This document shows, piece by piece, positions 11,332 through 23,595 of a DNA stretch of 64,000 nucleotides. A program made the position numbers and the translations under genes. Location of the stretch: the NCBI RefSeq assembly GCF_013122565.1, contig NZ_CP053258.1. One strand, 5' to 3'. The notes under the pieces are model-generated. The model did not search any database and had not been told where the DNA came from. It was given only the letters and a program-made list of their open reading frames with translations. This DNA comes from Escherichia coli. GTDB lineage: Bacteria > Pseudomonadota > Gammaproteobacteria > Enterobacterales > Enterobacteriaceae. Each line of letters starts with the position of its first letter. Position 1 is the stretch's first letter.

Positions 11332-11354
11332 TTATCCACAGGAATAGTGGATAA
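11332..11354. promoter_or_regulatory. Inverted pair of DnaA boxes upstream of uvrB (P3 region)
   Basis: ttatccaca at 11332-11340 and gtggataa at 11347-11354. Confidence 0.6.
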
Positions 11355-11513
11355 CTGTCTGCAGCCCCTATCCCCCGCCGCCTGGGCAATTCCCACATTC
11401 GCCGCATGATGCGGAAGTAAAATTTTTTTCGTGATTATTTTAGAATTTAATTGGTTAAATTGAAGTCAGTCGAAGACGCGATCTCGCTCGCAATTTAACC
11501 AAATACAGGATGG

Positions 11514-12191
11514 CTACAACAAGGCAAGGTTTATGTACTTTCCGGTTGCCGCATTTTCTGGATTTTCTGCAAGCCAGGGGATCTCTCCCAGCAGCGGCGC
11601 GGGAATCATGCGGGTGAGCGTGGTCATATATTCAGCGTGACGTTTTCCTGGAGGCGTGACATCGTTCGCCACCCAACCCGCCAGAGTGAGTCCGGCGTGT
11701 TGTATTGCCTGTGCCGTCAACATTGCGTGATTAATACAGCCGAGTTTCACGCCAACCACCAGTATCACCGGCAATTGTTCCTGTGTTACCCAATCCGCAA
11801 AAGTGAAAGTGTCAGAAAGGGGCGTAAACCAGCCGCCAGCGCCTTCCACTAACACCCAGTCAGCCTGTTGTTCAAGCGCGCGTAATCCGGAGCTCAATAC
11901 CGATGATTCTATCGGCCTGTCCTCTTGTGCGCTGATGATGTGCGGCGAGGTGGGTTCTGCGAAGGTGTACGGGTTTACCGTGGCGTAATCGAGATGCAGG
12001 CTGCTGTGGCGTTGTAACGCCAGCGCGTCGCTGTTACGCAAACCTTCCGGGGTTATTTCACTGCCGGAGGCTACGGGTTTATAACCTGCTGTCCGATAAC
12101 CTGCGTTCTTTGCTGCCTGCAAAAGTGCGCAACTGACGACGGTTTTCCCCACTTCGGTGTCCGTTCCGGTGACAAAATAACGTTTACTCAC
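11514..12191 (-). CDS. bioD: Dethiobiotin synthetase BioD (GTG start)
   Basis: ORF 11514..12197; recognised ([16 protein letters not shown]); GTG at 12189-12191 overlaps the bioC stop. Confidence 0.92.
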   Translation of the reverse strand: MSKRYFVTGTDTEVGKTVVSCALLQAAKNAGYRTAGYKPVASGSEITPEGLRNSDALALQRHSSLHLDYATVNPYTFAEPTSPHIISAQEDRPIESSVLSSGLRALEQQADWVLVEGAGGWFTPLSDTFTFADWVTQEQLPVILVVGVKLGCINHAMLTAQAIQHAGLTLAGWVANDVTPPGKRHAEYMTTLTRMIPAPLLGEIPWLAENPENAATGKYINLALL

Positions 12192-12939
12192 GAGCAATCA
12201 CTCCCAAAAAAAGATGATAAGTCAGAGGGTATCGCCCCTGTTGTTGCGGCCAGGCCAGTTGCAACTGCTGTAGCTGAGAACGGGTTAATACCCGTGGGTC
12301 ACGCCCGTCGTGAAGATGCGTTGCACCAATGCCTTTGAGCGATCGCATGGCACTGAGCGCATCATCAAACCACAGCGTGATGGGCTGAATATGATGTTGA
12401 TAATGCACGCCGTTCAGCGACTGTTCGATTTCATCTGGTGGTAAAAAGCGATTAGCATGCGGGCGCTCGTCCACCGCCTGCCACGCCTGATGCAGTTCGG
12501 GTAACGATCCCTGCACCAGCGTGGTAAACGCGACCACGCCTCCGGGGCGCACCACCCGATACAGCTCGCGGAGTGCCGTGGATAAATTACCGCACCACTG
12601 CACCGCGAGATTGCTCCATGCCAGATCGAACGTCGCAGTCGCTAATGGCAGGGATTCGATATCTCCCGCCAGATAATGGTCTGCTGCATCCTTCTGGCGT
12701 GCCTGAATAAGCATTGGCGGCGAGAGATCTAACGCCGTCACCTGCGCGTGACGTTCCCGCCAATGACGGCTCATCCAGCCAGGTCCACAACCCGCATCCA
12801 GTACGTGGGTGTATTTACGCTGTGGGAGCATTGCCAGTAAGACGTCAGCACTCTGGCGCTGTAACTCTGCGTGTTGCTCATAGTGCGCGGCTGCCCGACC
12901 AAATGCCGCTGCAATGGCTTGTTTATTAACCGTTGCCAT
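12184..12939 (-). CDS. bioC: Malonyl-ACP O-methyltransferase BioC, 251 aa
   Basis: ORF 12184..12978 with start at [24 protein letters not shown]. Confidence 0.92.
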   Translation of the reverse strand: MATVNKQAIAAAFGRAAAHYEQHAELQRQSADVLLAMLPQRKYTHVLDAGCGPGWMSRHWRERHAQVTALDLSPPMLIQARQKDAADHYLAGDIESLPLATATFDLAWSNLAVQWCGNLSTALRELYRVVRPGGVVAFTTLVQGSLPELHQAWQAVDERPHANRFLPPDEIEQSLNGVHYQHHIQPITLWFDDALSAMRSLKGIGATHLHDGRDPRVLTRSQLQQLQLAWPQQQGRYPLTYHLFLGVIARE

Positions 12940-14080
12940 GCAGCACCTCCAGCAGACGGTCGATATCCTGCATTTCATGCGCTGCGGTTAGCGTTAAGCG
13001 CAGTCGCGCAGTACCAGCGGGTACGGTTGGCGGGCGAATCGCCGTGACCCAGCAGCCTTGCTGGCGCAGTTTTTCTGCCAGTTGTAACGCACGGCTATTA
13101 TCACCGACGATCAATGGCTGGATGGCGCTGCATGAATCAGCAAGCGTAAACGGCAAATCCTGTACTCCGGCACGAAAACGCGTAATGAGTGCCGCCAGTT
13201 TTTCGCGCCGTGCATCACCCTCATCACTGCGAATGACCGCCAGTGACGCACGTAATGCCTGCGCCTGAGCGGGCGGCATACTGGTGCTGTAGATAAGATG
13301 GCGGGCGAATTGCAGCAGATAATCCGCCACCGTATTGGAGCAAAGCACCGCAGCCCCGCTGACGCCAAATCCTTTGCCAAAAGTCACTACCAGCAATTCT
13401 GGTTTTACCTTTTGCAACCAGCAGGTGCCGCGCCCCTGCTCCCCGATAACGCCCGTGCCGTGGGCATCATCGACCATCAACCAGCCATTGTACTGTTGCG
13501 TTACCTGCTGGATTTCCTCCAGTGGCGCGCTATCGCCGTCCATGCTGAACACGCCTTCTGTCACCACCAGTTGCTGCCCCGGACAGGGGGAAGCAAGCAG
13601 TCGCGCCAGATGAGCGGCATCGTTATGAGTAAAACGGCGAAGCTGCGACGGGCTTAAACTGGCAGCCTCCAGCAAGGAGGCATGGCTAAGCCGGTCGGCA
13701 ACAATACGGTCCTCTTTCGCCATCATCGCGGCAATGACTGCCTGATTCGCGGCAAAACCAGAGATAAACAGCAGTGCCCGCGAATAGCCCAGCCACTCGG
13801 CCAGTTCTTCTTCCAGCGCCTGATGCGCAACGCTATAACCGCTGACGTGACCGGAACCGCCGCTACCGACGCCAAATTGCTCCACACCCTGCTGCCAGGA
13901 ACGGATAATTTGCGGATGATGGCTTAAACCTAAATAATCGTTACTGGAAAAATTCAGATACTGGCGATCATCCGCCACCAGCCAGCGTCCGGCTCCTTGC
14001 GCCACTGGATAACGGCGACGCAGGGCATCGGCAGCACGCCGCGCATCGAGCGCCGCGTTGATTTTCTCCTGCCAGCTCAT
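12926..14080 (-). CDS. bioF: 8-amino-7-oxononanoate synthase BioF
   Basis: 384-aa ORF, recognised. Confidence 0.93.
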   Translation of the reverse strand: MSWQEKINAALDARRAADALRRRYPVAQGAGRWLVADDRQYLNFSSNDYLGLSHHPQIIRSWQQGVEQFGVGSGGSGHVSGYSVAHQALEEELAEWLGYSRALLFISGFAANQAVIAAMMAKEDRIVADRLSHASLLEAASLSPSQLRRFTHNDAAHLARLLASPCPGQQLVVTEGVFSMDGDSAPLEEIQQVTQQYNGWLMVDDAHGTGVIGEQGRGTCWLQKVKPELLVVTFGKGFGVSGAAVLCSNTVADYLLQFARHLIYSTSMPPAQAQALRASLAVIRSDEGDARREKLAALITRFRAGVQDLPFTLADSCSAIQPLIVGDNSRALQLAEKLRQQGCWVTAIRPPTVPAGTARLRLTLTAAHEMQDIDRLLEVLHGNG

Positions 14081-15117
14081 AGTGCTGCCGCGTTGTAATA
14101 TTCGTCAGTATCCGGGGTCATCAGTGCCTGTTCCAGACGCTGCTGTTGTTCGTTATCGCCCGCCAGCACGGCAGTTTGCTGCGGATTTAACCCCAGTTTG
14201 CGGAACAGTTGCAGGTCTTTATCTTCTTCCGGATTCGGCGTGGTCAGCAGTTTGCAACCGTAGAAAATCGAGTTTGCGCCTGCCATAAAGCACATCGCCT
14301 GAGTCTGTTCGTTCATCTGCTCGCGTCCGGCAGAAAGGCGCACGTAAGAGGTCGGCATCATGATCCGCGCTACGGCAATGGTGCGAATAAAATCAAAGGC
14401 ATCGACATCATCGTTATCTGCCAGTGGAGTACCTTTCACCTTCACCAGCATGTTGATTGGCACGCTTTCCGGCGGCGTCGGCAGGTTTGCCAGTTGCAGT
14501 AATAATCCAGCGCGATCTTTTACCGTTTCGCCTAAACCCACAATGCCACCTGAGCAAACTTTGATCCCGGCATCGCGCACTTTTTCCAGGGTATCAAGGC
14601 GTTCCTGATAAGTACGTGTGGTGATGATATTGCCGTAAAACTCCGGCGAGGTGTCGAGGTTATGGTTGTAGTAATCCAGCCCGGCGTTCGCAAGGCGCTG
14701 CGCTTGAGATTCACTCAACGTGCCCAGCGTCATACACGCCTCCAGCCCCATCGCTTTTACCCCCTGCACCATTTGTTCCAGGTACGGCATATCGCGTTCG
14801 TGGGGATTCTTCCACGCCGCGCCCATACAGAAGCGCGTCGATCCTGCCGCTTTCGCTTTGCGCGCCGACTCCAGCACCTGTTCAACTTCCATCAACCGCT
14901 CGGCTTCCAGCCCGGTTTTGTAGCGCGAGCTTTGCGGGCAGTATTTGCAATCTTCCGGACAAGCTCCGGTCTTAATCGACAGCAACGTGCTGACCTGCAC
15001 CTGACGTGGATCGAAATGCTGACGATGCACCTGCTGCGCTTCAAACAGCAGATCCAGCAACGGTTTTTCAAATAATTCTGTGACTTGCGACAATGTCCAG
15101 CGTGGGCGGTGAGCCAT
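14077..15117 (-). CDS. bioB: Biotin synthase BioB (radical SAM)
   Basis: 346-aa ORF; CPEDCKYC motif. Confidence 0.95.
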   Translation of the reverse strand: MAHRPRWTLSQVTELFEKPLLDLLFEAQQVHRQHFDPRQVQVSTLLSIKTGACPEDCKYCPQSSRYKTGLEAERLMEVEQVLESARKAKAAGSTRFCMGAAWKNPHERDMPYLEQMVQGVKAMGLEACMTLGTLSESQAQRLANAGLDYYNHNLDTSPEFYGNIITTRTYQERLDTLEKVRDAGIKVCSGGIVGLGETVKDRAGLLLQLANLPTPPESVPINMLVKVKGTPLADNDDVDAFDFIRTIAVARIMMPTSYVRLSAGREQMNEQTQAMCFMAGANSIFYGCKLLTTPNPEEDKDLQLFRKLGLNPQQTAVLAGDNEQQQRLEQALMTPDTDEYYNAAAL

Positions 15118-15159
15118 GGGGCTTCTCCAAAACGTGTTTTTTGTTGTTAATTCGGTGTA

Positions 15160-15200
15160 GACTCGTAAACCTAAATCTTTTCAATTTGGTTTACAAGTCG
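15160..15200. promoter_or_regulatory. bio operator (bioO), BirA-binding palindrome between divergent bioB and bioA
   Basis: cgtaaacctaaatcttttcaatttggtttacaag inverted repeat in the 86-bp divergent promoter region. Confidence 0.88.
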
Positions 15201-15203
15201 ATT

Positions 15204-16493
15204 ATGACAACGGACGATCTTGCCTTTGACCAACGCCATATCTGGCACCCATACACATCCATGACCTCCCCGCTACCGGTTTATCCGGTGGCGAGCGCCG
15301 AAGGTTGCGAGCTAATTTTGTCTGACGGCAGACGCCTGGTTGACGGTATGTCGTCCTGGTGGGCGGCGATCCACGGCTACAATCACCCGCAGCTTAATGC
15401 GGCGATGAAGACGCAAATTGATGCCATGTCGCATGTGATGTTTGGCGGTATCACCCATGCGCCCGCCATCGAGCTGTGCCGCAAACTGGTGGCGATGACG
15501 CCGCAACCGCTGGAATGCGTTTTTCTCGCGGACTCCGGCTCCGTAGCGGTGGAAGTGGCGATGAAAATGGCGTTGCAGTACTGGCAAGCCAAAGGCGAAG
15601 CGCGCCAGCGTTTTCTGACCTTCCGCAATGGTTATCATGGCGATACCTTTGGTGCGATGTCGGTGTGCGATCCAGACAACTCAATGCACAGCCTGTGGAA
15701 AGGCTATCTGCCAGAAAACTTGTTTGCTCCAGCCCCGCAAAGCCGCATGGATGGTGAATGGGATGAGCGCGATATGGTGGGCTTTGCCCGCCTGATGGCG
15801 GCGCATCGTCATGAAATCGCCGCGGTGATCGTTGAACCGATTGTCCAGGGCGCAGGTGGAATGCGCATCTACCATCCGGAATGGTTAAAGCGAATCCGTA
15901 AAATGTGCGATCGCGAAGGTATCTTGCTGATTGCCGACGAGATCGCCACCGGATTTGGTCGTACCGGCAAACTGTTTGCCTGTGAACATGCAGAAATCGC
16001 GCCGGACATTTTGTGCCTCGGTAAAGCCTTAACCGGCGGCACAATGACCCTTTCCGCCACGCTCACCACGCGCGAGGTTGCAGAAACCATCAGTAACGGC
16101 GAAGCCGGTTGCTTTATGCATGGGCCAACTTTTATGGGTAATCCGCTGGCCTGCGCGGCAGCAAACGCCAGCCTCGCCATTATCGAAACTGGTGAATGGC
16201 AACAGCAGGTGGCGGCTATTGAAGTACAGCTGCGCGAGCAACTGGCACCAGCCCGTGATGCCGAAATGGTTGCCGATGTGCGCGTGCTAGGGGCCATTGG
16301 CGTGGTCGAAACCACTCGTCCGGTGAATATGGCGGCGCTGCAAAAATTCTTTGTCGAACAGGGGGTATGGATCCGGCCTTTTGGCAAACTGATTTACCTG
16401 ATGCCGCCCTATATTATTCACCCGCAACAGTTGCAGCGTCTGACCGCAGCGGTTAACCGCGCGGTACAGGATGAAACATTTTTTTGCCAATAA
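15204..16493 (+). CDS. bioA: Adenosylmethionine-8-amino-7-oxononanoate aminotransferase BioA, 429 aa
   Basis: ORF 15093..16493 with start ATG 15204 ([20 protein letters not shown]). Confidence 0.94.
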   Translation: MTTDDLAFDQRHIWHPYTSMTSPLPVYPVASAEGCELILSDGRRLVDGMSSWWAAIHGYNHPQLNAAMKTQIDAMSHVMFGGITHAPAIELCRKLVAMTPQPLECVFLADSGSVAVEVAMKMALQYWQAKGEARQRFLTFRNGYHGDTFGAMSVCDPDNSMHSLWKGYLPENLFAPAPQSRMDGEWDERDMVGFARLMAAHRHEIAAVIVEPIVQGAGGMRIYHPEWLKRIRKMCDREGILLIADEIATGFGRTGKLFACEHAEIAPDILCLGKALTGGTMTLSATLTTREVAETISNGEAGCFMHGPTFMGNPLACAAANASLAIIETGEWQQQVAAIEVQLREQLAPARDAEMVADVRVLGAIGVVETTRPVNMAALQKFFVEQGVWIRPFGKLIYLMPPYIIHPQQLQRLTAAVNRAVQDETFFCQ

Positions 16494-16551
16494 CGGGAAG
16501 TCAGCGAGAGGGTTTCTGGCTACACTTTCTGCAAACTAGAAAGGAGGGTTC

Positions 16552-17028
16552 ATGAAACTCATCAGTAATGATCTGCGCGATGGCGATAAGTTGCCACATC
16601 GTCATGTCTTTAACGGCATGGGTTACGATGGCGATAATATTTCACCGCATCTGGCGTGGGATGATGTTCCTGCGGGAACGAAAAGTTTTGTCGTCACCTG
16701 CTACGACCCGGATGCGCCAACCGGCTCCGGCTGGTGGCACTGGGTAGTTGTTAATTTACCTGCTGATACCCGCGTATTACCGCAAGGGTTTGGCTCTGGT
16801 CTGGTAGCAATGCCAGACGGCGTTTTGCAGACGCGTACCGACTTTGGTAAAACCGGGTACGATGGCGCAGCGCCGCCGAAAGGCGAAACCCATCGCTACA
16901 TTTTTACCGTTCACGCGCTGGATGTAGAACGTATTGATGTCGATGAAGGTGCCAGCGGCGCGATGGTCGGGTTTAACGTTCATTTCCACTCTCTGGCAAG
17001 CGCCTCGATTACTGCGATGTTTAGTTAA
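16552..17028 (+). CDS. ybhB: PEBP-family protein YbhB
   Basis: 158-aa ORF, recognised. Confidence 0.9.
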   Translation: MKLISNDLRDGDKLPHRHVFNGMGYDGDNISPHLAWDDVPAGTKSFVVTCYDPDAPTGSGWWHWVVVNLPADTRVLPQGFGSGLVAMPDGVLQTRTDFGKTGYDGAAPPKGETHRYIFTVHALDVERIDVDEGASGAMVGFNVHFHSLASASITAMFS

Positions 17029-17118
17029 TCACTCTGCCAGATGGCGCAATGCCATCTGGTATCACTTAAAGGTATTAAAAACAACTTTTTGTCTTTTTAC
17101 CTTCCCGTTTCGCTCAAG

Positions 17119-17133
17119 TTAGTATAAAAAAGC
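17119..17133. other. attB: Bacteriophage lambda attB core, unoccupied
   Basis: ttagtataaaaaagc = reverse complement of the lambda core GCTTTTTTATACTAA, in the ybhB-ybhC spacer (gal-bio interval); no prophage genes present. Confidence 0.85.
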
Positions 17134-17179
17134 AGGCTTCAACGGATTCATTTTTCTATTTCATAGCCCGGAGCAACCT

Positions 17180-18463
17180 GTGAACACATTTTCAGTTTCC
17201 CGTCTGGCGCTGGCATTGGCTTTTGGCGTGACGCTGACCGCCTGTAGCTCAACACCGCCCGATCAACGTCCTTCTGATCAAACCGCGCCTGGTACCTCTT
17301 CTCGCCCGATTCTGTCGGCAAAAGAAGCGCAGAATTTCGATGCTCAACACTATTTTGCATCCCTGACACCAGGTGCGGCAGCGTGGAATCCTTCCCCGAT
17401 TACCCTGCCTGCGCAACCTGACTTTGTTGTCGGCCCGGCGGGTACTCAAGGTGTAACGCATACCACGATTCAGGCGGCGGTAGATGCGGCAATTATCAAG
17501 CGTACCAACAAGCGCCAGTATATTGCCGTGATGCCTGGTGAGTATCAGGGAACGGTATATGTCCCTGCCGCTCCGGGTGGAATTACTCTGTACGGTACAG
17601 GTGAAAAACCGATTGATGTGAAGATTGGGCTTTCCCTTGATGGGGGCATGAGCCCTGCCGACTGGCGTCATGACGTCAACCCGCGCGGCAAATATATGCC
17701 AGGTAAACCAGCGTGGTATATGTACGATAGCTGCCAGAGCAAACGCAGCGACAGTATCGGTGTTCTCTGCTCTGCGGTCTTCTGGTCACAAAACAATGGC
17801 CTGCAACTGCAAAACCTGACCATCGAAAACACGCTGGGCGATAGCGTAGATGCAGGTAACCATCCGGCGGTGGCACTGCGTACTGATGGTGACCAGGTAC
17901 AGATTAACAACGTTAACATTCTCGGTCGTCAGAACACCTTCTTTGTCACCAACAGCGGTGTGCAGAACCGTCTGGAAACCAACCGTCAGCCGCGTACGCT
18001 GGTGACCAACAGCTACATTGAAGGGGATGTGGATATCGTTTCTGGTCGCGGCGCAGTGGTGTTCGATAACACCGAATTCCGCGTGGTGAACTCACGTACC
18101 CAGCAAGAAGCATATGTGTTTGCACCGGCTACGCTGTCTAACATCTATTACGGTTTCCTCGCCGTAAACAGCCGTTTCAATGCTTTCGGTGATGGTGTGG
18201 CGCAACTGGGCCGCTCGCTGGATGTTGATGCCAATACCAACGGTCAGGTGGTGATCCGTGATAGTGCCATCAACGAAGGTTTTAACACGGCTAAACCGTG
18301 GGCCGATGCGGTGATCTCTAATCGTCCGTTTGCGGGTAATACCGGCAGCGTAGATGATAACGACGAACTACAGCGCAATCTGAATGACACTAACTACAAC
18401 CGCATGTGGGAATACAATAACCGCGGCGTGGGTAGTAAAGTGGTTGCAGAGGCGAAGAAGTAA
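17180..18463 (+). CDS. ybhC: Outer-membrane lipoprotein YbhC (pectinesterase-like), lipobox LTAC
   Basis: 427-aa ORF, signal peptide with lipobox, recognised. Confidence 0.9.
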   Translation: MNTFSVSRLALALAFGVTLTACSSTPPDQRPSDQTAPGTSSRPILSAKEAQNFDAQHYFASLTPGAAAWNPSPITLPAQPDFVVGPAGTQGVTHTTIQAAVDAAIIKRTNKRQYIAVMPGEYQGTVYVPAAPGGITLYGTGEKPIDVKIGLSLDGGMSPADWRHDVNPRGKYMPGKPAWYMYDSCQSKRSDSIGVLCSAVFWSQNNGLQLQNLTIENTLGDSVDAGNHPAVALRTDGDQVQINNVNILGRQNTFFVTNSGVQNRLETNRQPRTLVTNSYIEGDVDIVSGRGAVVFDNTEFRVVNSRTQQEAYVFAPATLSNIYYGFLAVNSRFNAFGDGVAQLGRSLDVDANTNGQVVIRDSAINEGFNTAKPWADAVISNRPFAGNTGSVDDNDELQRNLNDTNYNRMWEYNNRGVGSKVVAEAKK

Positions 18464-18472
18464 AAAAGAAAA

Positions 18473-18532
18473 CCCGATAGTCTGAACCATCGGGTTAATG
18501 AAACAGGGCGCTATATTTCATAGCGCCTTTTT
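18473..18532. terminator. Back-to-back rho-independent terminators between convergent ybhC and ybhJ
   Basis: Hairpin cccgat...atcggg preceded by an A-run (serves minus strand); hairpin ggcgctat...atagcgcc followed by TTTTTTT (serves plus strand). Confidence 0.7.
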
Positions 18533-20794
18533 TTACATCTGACGGTTTTTATTGAAGTTAATCAAACTACCCGCCTTGATAATCTCGCGCTCTTCAGCAG
18601 TCAGATTTTCCATATAGAGCGTAATTTCCGTTACCGGCGCATCTTCATGGATCACATAACCTTTAAACGTCGTACCCGGATTATCCAGCGCCGCTTTAAT
18701 GCCAGGGATGTAAATGTAATCCCCCACTTCAAAGGTTGGCACTTCCGCCATCTGCAGAGGTAACATCCCCCAGTTGATGACGTTTGAACGGTAGCGTTTA
18801 GTCGCGTACTCCTCGGCAATATTCGCCAGACCGCCAATCACACGCTGGCAGCTCGCCGCCTGTTCACGCGCAGAACCATCGCCTGGTTTCACCGCATAGA
18901 CCATACTGCCAATTTCAGTTTGCAGCGGATCAATATGCTCCTGACCAGCAATCTGCTTAATGCGCGCAAACACCTCTGTCAGCTCGCTGACATTCCCCGC
19001 CAGACGCTGATTTTCCAGCTCAGCAGTCGCTTTACTTCTGCCAACATAACCGGGATCGCGGCGTGACAGGGTAAACTCCGCCAGACCAATCGGATTTGAA
19101 CGATAAGAAGAGGTTTCACCGGAAGGAATCAATTCGTCGGTGGTGGTCACTTCGTCGAGGATCTTCGAGCACACTTTGAGGACGATATTGTCAGTCAGCG
19201 CACCTAATTCCGGCCAGTCTTTAATGTTCGGTCCGTAAATCAGCGGTTGCTGAGTTGCCCCTTTCACAAAGCCCTGATAAACACGGTTTTTATACGGCGT
19301 TACATCGAAGGCGTACTCCGGCACGTTGTCCCAGCAATCAAGTTCGCTGGCAGAAGTTAAATAGCCACCGTTTGCCGCAGTCGCAGCGATAGAACGAGCG
19401 TCCATCAACGCCACCGCTGACATCTGCCCATTAGCTGGCTTAGAGCCTTCGCGGTTCGGGAAGTTACGCGTGGTGTGGCGAATACTCAAACCGTTGTTGA
19501 TTGGCGTATCGCCCGCGCCAAAGCATGGGCCGCAGAACGCGGTTCTGATGATTGCGCCTGCGCCAATCAAATCTGCTACCACACCTTTTTTGGCGAGATC
19601 CATAAACACCGGCTGTGATGACGGGTAAACCGCCAGCGAGAAGGTGTCGTTACCACAGGATTGACCGCGCAGCGCATTTGCTGCGGCGATAACGTTTTCA
19701 TAGTTACCGCCAGAACAGCCCGCGATAATCCCCTGCTGCACTTTCAGGCGACCGTTTTCCACTTTGTCCAGCAGCGAGAGTTTGGCTTTACCGTGCGCCA
19801 CGCGCTCGGACTCAATTTCAATCTCACGCAGAATGTCGGTCAGGTTCTGGTTCAGCGTGTCGATTTCATACACGTTGCTCGGGTGGAACGGCAGCGCAAT
19901 CATTGGTTTGATGGCGCTTAAATCAACGCTGATGCAGCCATCGTAGTACGCCATCGGTTGAGGGTTAAGCTGGCAGTAATCCTGGCCGCGACCGTGGAGC
20001 GCCAGCCAGTTATGGACTTCTTCATCGGTTTGCCAGACAGAACTTAAACAGGTCGTTTCAGTGGTCATAACGTCAACGCTGTTACGGAAATCGGTAGAGA
20101 GCTCAGCAACGCCGGGACCTACGAATTCCATCACTTTGTTTTTGACGTAGCCGTTTTTGAACACGGCACCGATGATAGCCAACGCCACATCCTGCGGCCC
20201 CACATACGGCGCTGGTTTTCCGGTCAGATGCACCGCAACAACTCCCGGATAGTCGATATCCCAGGTGTCATTAAGCAGCTGTTTTACCAACTCACCGCCG
20301 CCCTCACCGACTGCCATTGTCCCTAATGCACCGTAACGGGTGTGGCTGTCTGACCCGAGGATCATTTTGCCCCCGCCTGCCATCATCTCACGCATATATT
20401 GATGGATGACCGCAATATGCGGAGGCACAAAAATACCGCCATAACGCTGAGCTGCCGATAAACCAAAAACATGGTCATCACCGTTAATGGTGCCGCCGAC
20501 GGCGCAGAGTGAGTTATGGCAGTTGGTCAGCACATACGGCAGCGGGAAACGTTCCATTCCGGACGCTTTAGCGGTCTGTACAATACCAACAAAGGTAATA
20601 TCGTGAGAGGCTAATGAATCAAACTTAATTTTAAGTTTATCCATATTTCCGGACGTATTATGAGAAGAGAGAATAGACCAGGCAATAGTGCCTTTTTTGG
20701 CTTCTTCTTTTTTAATTTGGCCGGTGAAATGTTCTTCGGCAATTATTTCGTTATTACTGGCGAGAAACACGCCTTTTTCAGATAACTTGATCAT
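18533..20794 (-). CDS. ybhJ: Aconitase-family putative hydratase YbhJ, 753 aa
   Basis: ORF 18533..20818 with start at [10 protein letters not shown]. Confidence 0.88.
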   Translation of the reverse strand: MIKLSEKGVFLASNNEIIAEEHFTGQIKKEEAKKGTIAWSILSSHNTSGNMDKLKIKFDSLASHDITFVGIVQTAKASGMERFPLPYVLTNCHNSLCAVGGTINGDDHVFGLSAAQRYGGIFVPPHIAVIHQYMREMMAGGGKMILGSDSHTRYGALGTMAVGEGGGELVKQLLNDTWDIDYPGVVAVHLTGKPAPYVGPQDVALAIIGAVFKNGYVKNKVMEFVGPGVAELSTDFRNSVDVMTTETTCLSSVWQTDEEVHNWLALHGRGQDYCQLNPQPMAYYDGCISVDLSAIKPMIALPFHPSNVYEIDTLNQNLTDILREIEIESERVAHGKAKLSLLDKVENGRLKVQQGIIAGCSGGNYENVIAAANALRGQSCGNDTFSLAVYPSSQPVFMDLAKKGVVADLIGAGAIIRTAFCGPCFGAGDTPINNGLSIRHTTRNFPNREGSKPANGQMSAVALMDARSIAATAANGGYLTSASELDCWDNVPEYAFDVTPYKNRVYQGFVKGATQQPLIYGPNIKDWPELGALTDNIVLKVCSKILDEVTTTDELIPSGETSSYRSNPIGLAEFTLSRRDPGYVGRSKATAELENQRLAGNVSELTEVFARIKQIAGQEHIDPLQTEIGSMVYAVKPGDGSAREQAASCQRVIGGLANIAEEYATKRYRSNVINWGMLPLQMAEVPTFEVGDYIYIPGIKAALDNPGTTFKGYVIHEDAPVTEITLYMENLTAEEREIIKAGSLINFNKNRQM

Positions 20795-20851
20795 TAAATG
20801 CTCCAGATATCTGCGCACCGTGAAGTGCGCAGAAAGATAATGAAGGGATAT

Positions 20852-22285
20852 TTACAGCATGTTCCAGCCGATCAGCATATTCCACCACCATACGCCGAGG
20901 GTGATATGCACCAGGAAGGTTAATATCGTCAGTACCGCACCGACCAACCACCAGGATTTAATATCGTTGTAACCCACGCCAAAGATGACCGGACCTGCCG
21001 CGCCGCCATAGTGAGTAACCATGCCGCCATAGGAGTTGGAGAACAACAGTGCCAGCGCGGTTAACATTAACGGTGCGCCGGAGACGTTCGCCAGCATGGC
21101 AAATACCGGTAACATAGCAACGATATAGGCACTACCGGAAGCGAAGAAATAACGCACGATGATGCTAAGGAAAATAATAACGAAGAAAGCAACGTTTCCG
21201 TGACCATCAAATGCCAGGTTATTTTTAAAGACTTCAGCTAACCATTCGAAGAATTTAACTTTCGATAATAAGGAACTTAAGCCGATAATACCGCCGTACC
21301 AGATTAAGGTATTCCAGCCGCCTTTATTTTTAACCACGTCTTCCCAGGTAACGATACCCAGCAGCAGCATGGTCGCCATAACAACAATAGCCACTGAAGA
21401 TTCATCAACCCCCAGAGACTTACTGAAAATCCAGCCCAGCAGCGCCAGCACAAAGACACCGAGCAGCATTTTTTCGCGGATTTTCATCGGTCCCAGTTCG
21501 GCAAGGCCCGCTTTGGCGATGGTTTTGTTATCCACCTTCTTAATTTCTGGCGGATACATGGTGTAAATCACCAGCGGGGTGACCAGCAGCATAATGATGC
21601 CCGGCAATCCGGCTGCCAGCGCCCATCCACCCCAGCTAATTTGCAGGTGCAGAATGTCGTTGATCATTTTCAGCGCCAGAATGTTCCCCGCCATTGCGGT
21701 AAAGAACATATAGCTGGTGGTTTTGGTGACCATGTAAATGGACATCATCAGGTAATGTCCGACACGACGCGGACTTTTTTCCGGTTCGGACCCCAAAGCC
21801 ACCGCCACACTGTTGATGATCGGTAACACAATGCCGCCCGCACGCGCGGTGTTAGACGGTGTTGCCGGAGCCAGTACCAGATCGAGGAATACCGTAACGT
21901 AACCCAGACCCAGCGTGGTGTTACCGATTTTACCAATCAGCAGATAGGCAATACGTTTACCTAAACCGGTGGTCACAAATGCGGCGCTTAAGGTAAACGC
22001 CGAGAACACCAGCCAGGTGGTACCTGAAGAGTAACCGCTTAATACGGCGGTGGTTTTAAACGCACCGTCGGATAAGTTACCGACCACCACCATGGAGGCA
22101 GCAACGGCAATTAACAGTACGACAGGTTCCGGGAAAGGCTTGATAACCAGACCCACAATGGCCGCCAGGTAAATACCAAAAAGCACCCACGCCAGTTCGC
22201 TTAATCCTGCCGGAGCTGGCATAAAGCCAATAATACATGGGATCGCTAATATCAGAATTAGCTTCCATAACGATTTCTTATTCAT
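20852..22285 (-). CDS. ybhI: DASS-family anion transporter YbhI
   Basis: 477-aa polytopic membrane ORF, recognised. Confidence 0.88.
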   Translation of the reverse strand: MNKKSLWKLILILAIPCIIGFMPAPAGLSELAWVLFGIYLAAIVGLVIKPFPEPVVLLIAVAASMVVVGNLSDGAFKTTAVLSGYSSGTTWLVFSAFTLSAAFVTTGLGKRIAYLLIGKIGNTTLGLGYVTVFLDLVLAPATPSNTARAGGIVLPIINSVAVALGSEPEKSPRRVGHYLMMSIYMVTKTTSYMFFTAMAGNILALKMINDILHLQISWGGWALAAGLPGIIMLLVTPLVIYTMYPPEIKKVDNKTIAKAGLAELGPMKIREKMLLGVFVLALLGWIFSKSLGVDESSVAIVVMATMLLLGIVTWEDVVKNKGGWNTLIWYGGIIGLSSLLSKVKFFEWLAEVFKNNLAFDGHGNVAFFVIIFLSIIVRYFFASGSAYIVAMLPVFAMLANVSGAPLMLTALALLFSNSYGGMVTHYGGAAGPVIFGVGYNDIKSWWLVGAVLTILTFLVHITLGVWWWNMLIGWNML

Positions 22286-22360
22286 TTAAAATCCTGTTCT
22301 TTCTGTATGACTCATACAGAAGTCCTTTATTGATTGTCCTTATCCTGACAACGAATTTTT

Positions 22361-23413
22361 TCAGGGAAGATAAACTTCACCGGAAAATATTTTTCTGGTC
22401 GTCCGAATAACAGATGCGCGTAACGTCGTGGCATCCTGACCTTCATTACTTAAATGAACGTCGAGCGCACCACTGGGGTGTTCAATATTGATATTGCCAT
22501 ATCCTACAGAAGGGACGATTTGTCGGGTGACGGTGCCTTCCAATGCACAACTACTGGAAATAGCAATAGCACCGGTTATCGCCAGCGCGCGATGGCAAGA
22601 ATGCGGCATAAAATAACGCACATTAATTGCCCCGCCTTTCTGCGCTGGAGAAATAAGCACAGGTTTAGGGATAACCATATTACTGACATCACCTAAGCCC
22701 ATTGCTTTACCCGCTTGTAGACGGATAGATTCAATGCGGGCTAATAATGCTTTGTCGGCATCCAGTTCCGCCGGTAATTCATAACCTGTTTTTCCCAGAT
22801 ATTCAGCCGGAATAATGACGACTGGCATCGCCATATCGATACAGGTCACCGGGACATCGTCAAAATAATCGATCTGATTATCAGTCGGGAAAACTTTTCC
22901 GGTTTTGGTTCCAGCGGCATTCAGGAAAGTGAGCGCAACCGGTGCGGCAGTACCCGGTACGCCGTCAATTCTGGCACTACCCTCGTACTCGACAACACCA
23001 TTTGGCGTTTGCACATCAGCTTCGATGAACGTACCCGTATTGACGTTGCGGATACGTACGCGAGTAACTGGCGAAGTCGCTGCAATCAAACCATTTTCAA
23101 TGGCGAATGCCCCAACACCAGACAGCATATTGCCGCAGTTAGGCGTGGTATCGACACGTTGCTCATGGACGATAACTTGAGCAAACAGATAATCAACATC
23201 AGCACGCGGATCGCTGGAACGGCTAATAATGGCGACTTTACTGGTCAGTGGATTACCGCCGCCAATACCGTCAATTTCCAGATCGTTACCGGAACCCATA
23301 ATTGCCATCAATATTTTATCGCGCTGCGTTTGATCTTCGGGTAAATGTTCCGCTAACAGGAACGCGCCCCTCGAGGTTCCACCTCGCATCATCACGCAGG
23401 GTATTTTTTTCAT
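22361..23413 (-). CDS. ybhH: PrpF-family putative isomerase YbhH
   Basis: 350-aa ORF, recognised. Confidence 0.88.
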   Translation of the reverse strand: MKKIPCVMMRGGTSRGAFLLAEHLPEDQTQRDKILMAIMGSGNDLEIDGIGGGNPLTSKVAIISRSSDPRADVDYLFAQVIVHEQRVDTTPNCGNMLSGVGAFAIENGLIAATSPVTRVRIRNVNTGTFIEADVQTPNGVVEYEGSARIDGVPGTAAPVALTFLNAAGTKTGKVFPTDNQIDYFDDVPVTCIDMAMPVVIIPAEYLGKTGYELPAELDADKALLARIESIRLQAGKAMGLGDVSNMVIPKPVLISPAQKGGAINVRYFMPHSCHRALAITGAIAISSSCALEGTVTRQIVPSVGYGNINIEHPSGALDVHLSNEGQDATTLRASVIRTTRKIFSGEVYLP

Positions 23414-23595
23414 AATAATGCCCTCAATTTAAAAACATAACTTATTGCGATATGGTTACATTAAGGACAAAACCGCACTAATGACTTTATCTTCACGATT
23501 AATTACTTTTTTTCATTAATTTAAGTGATTAAAATGCAGTTAAACGGTTTAAAGCGAAACGCTAAAAGAGAACCTTTCCATTTTCTGGAGTAGTA

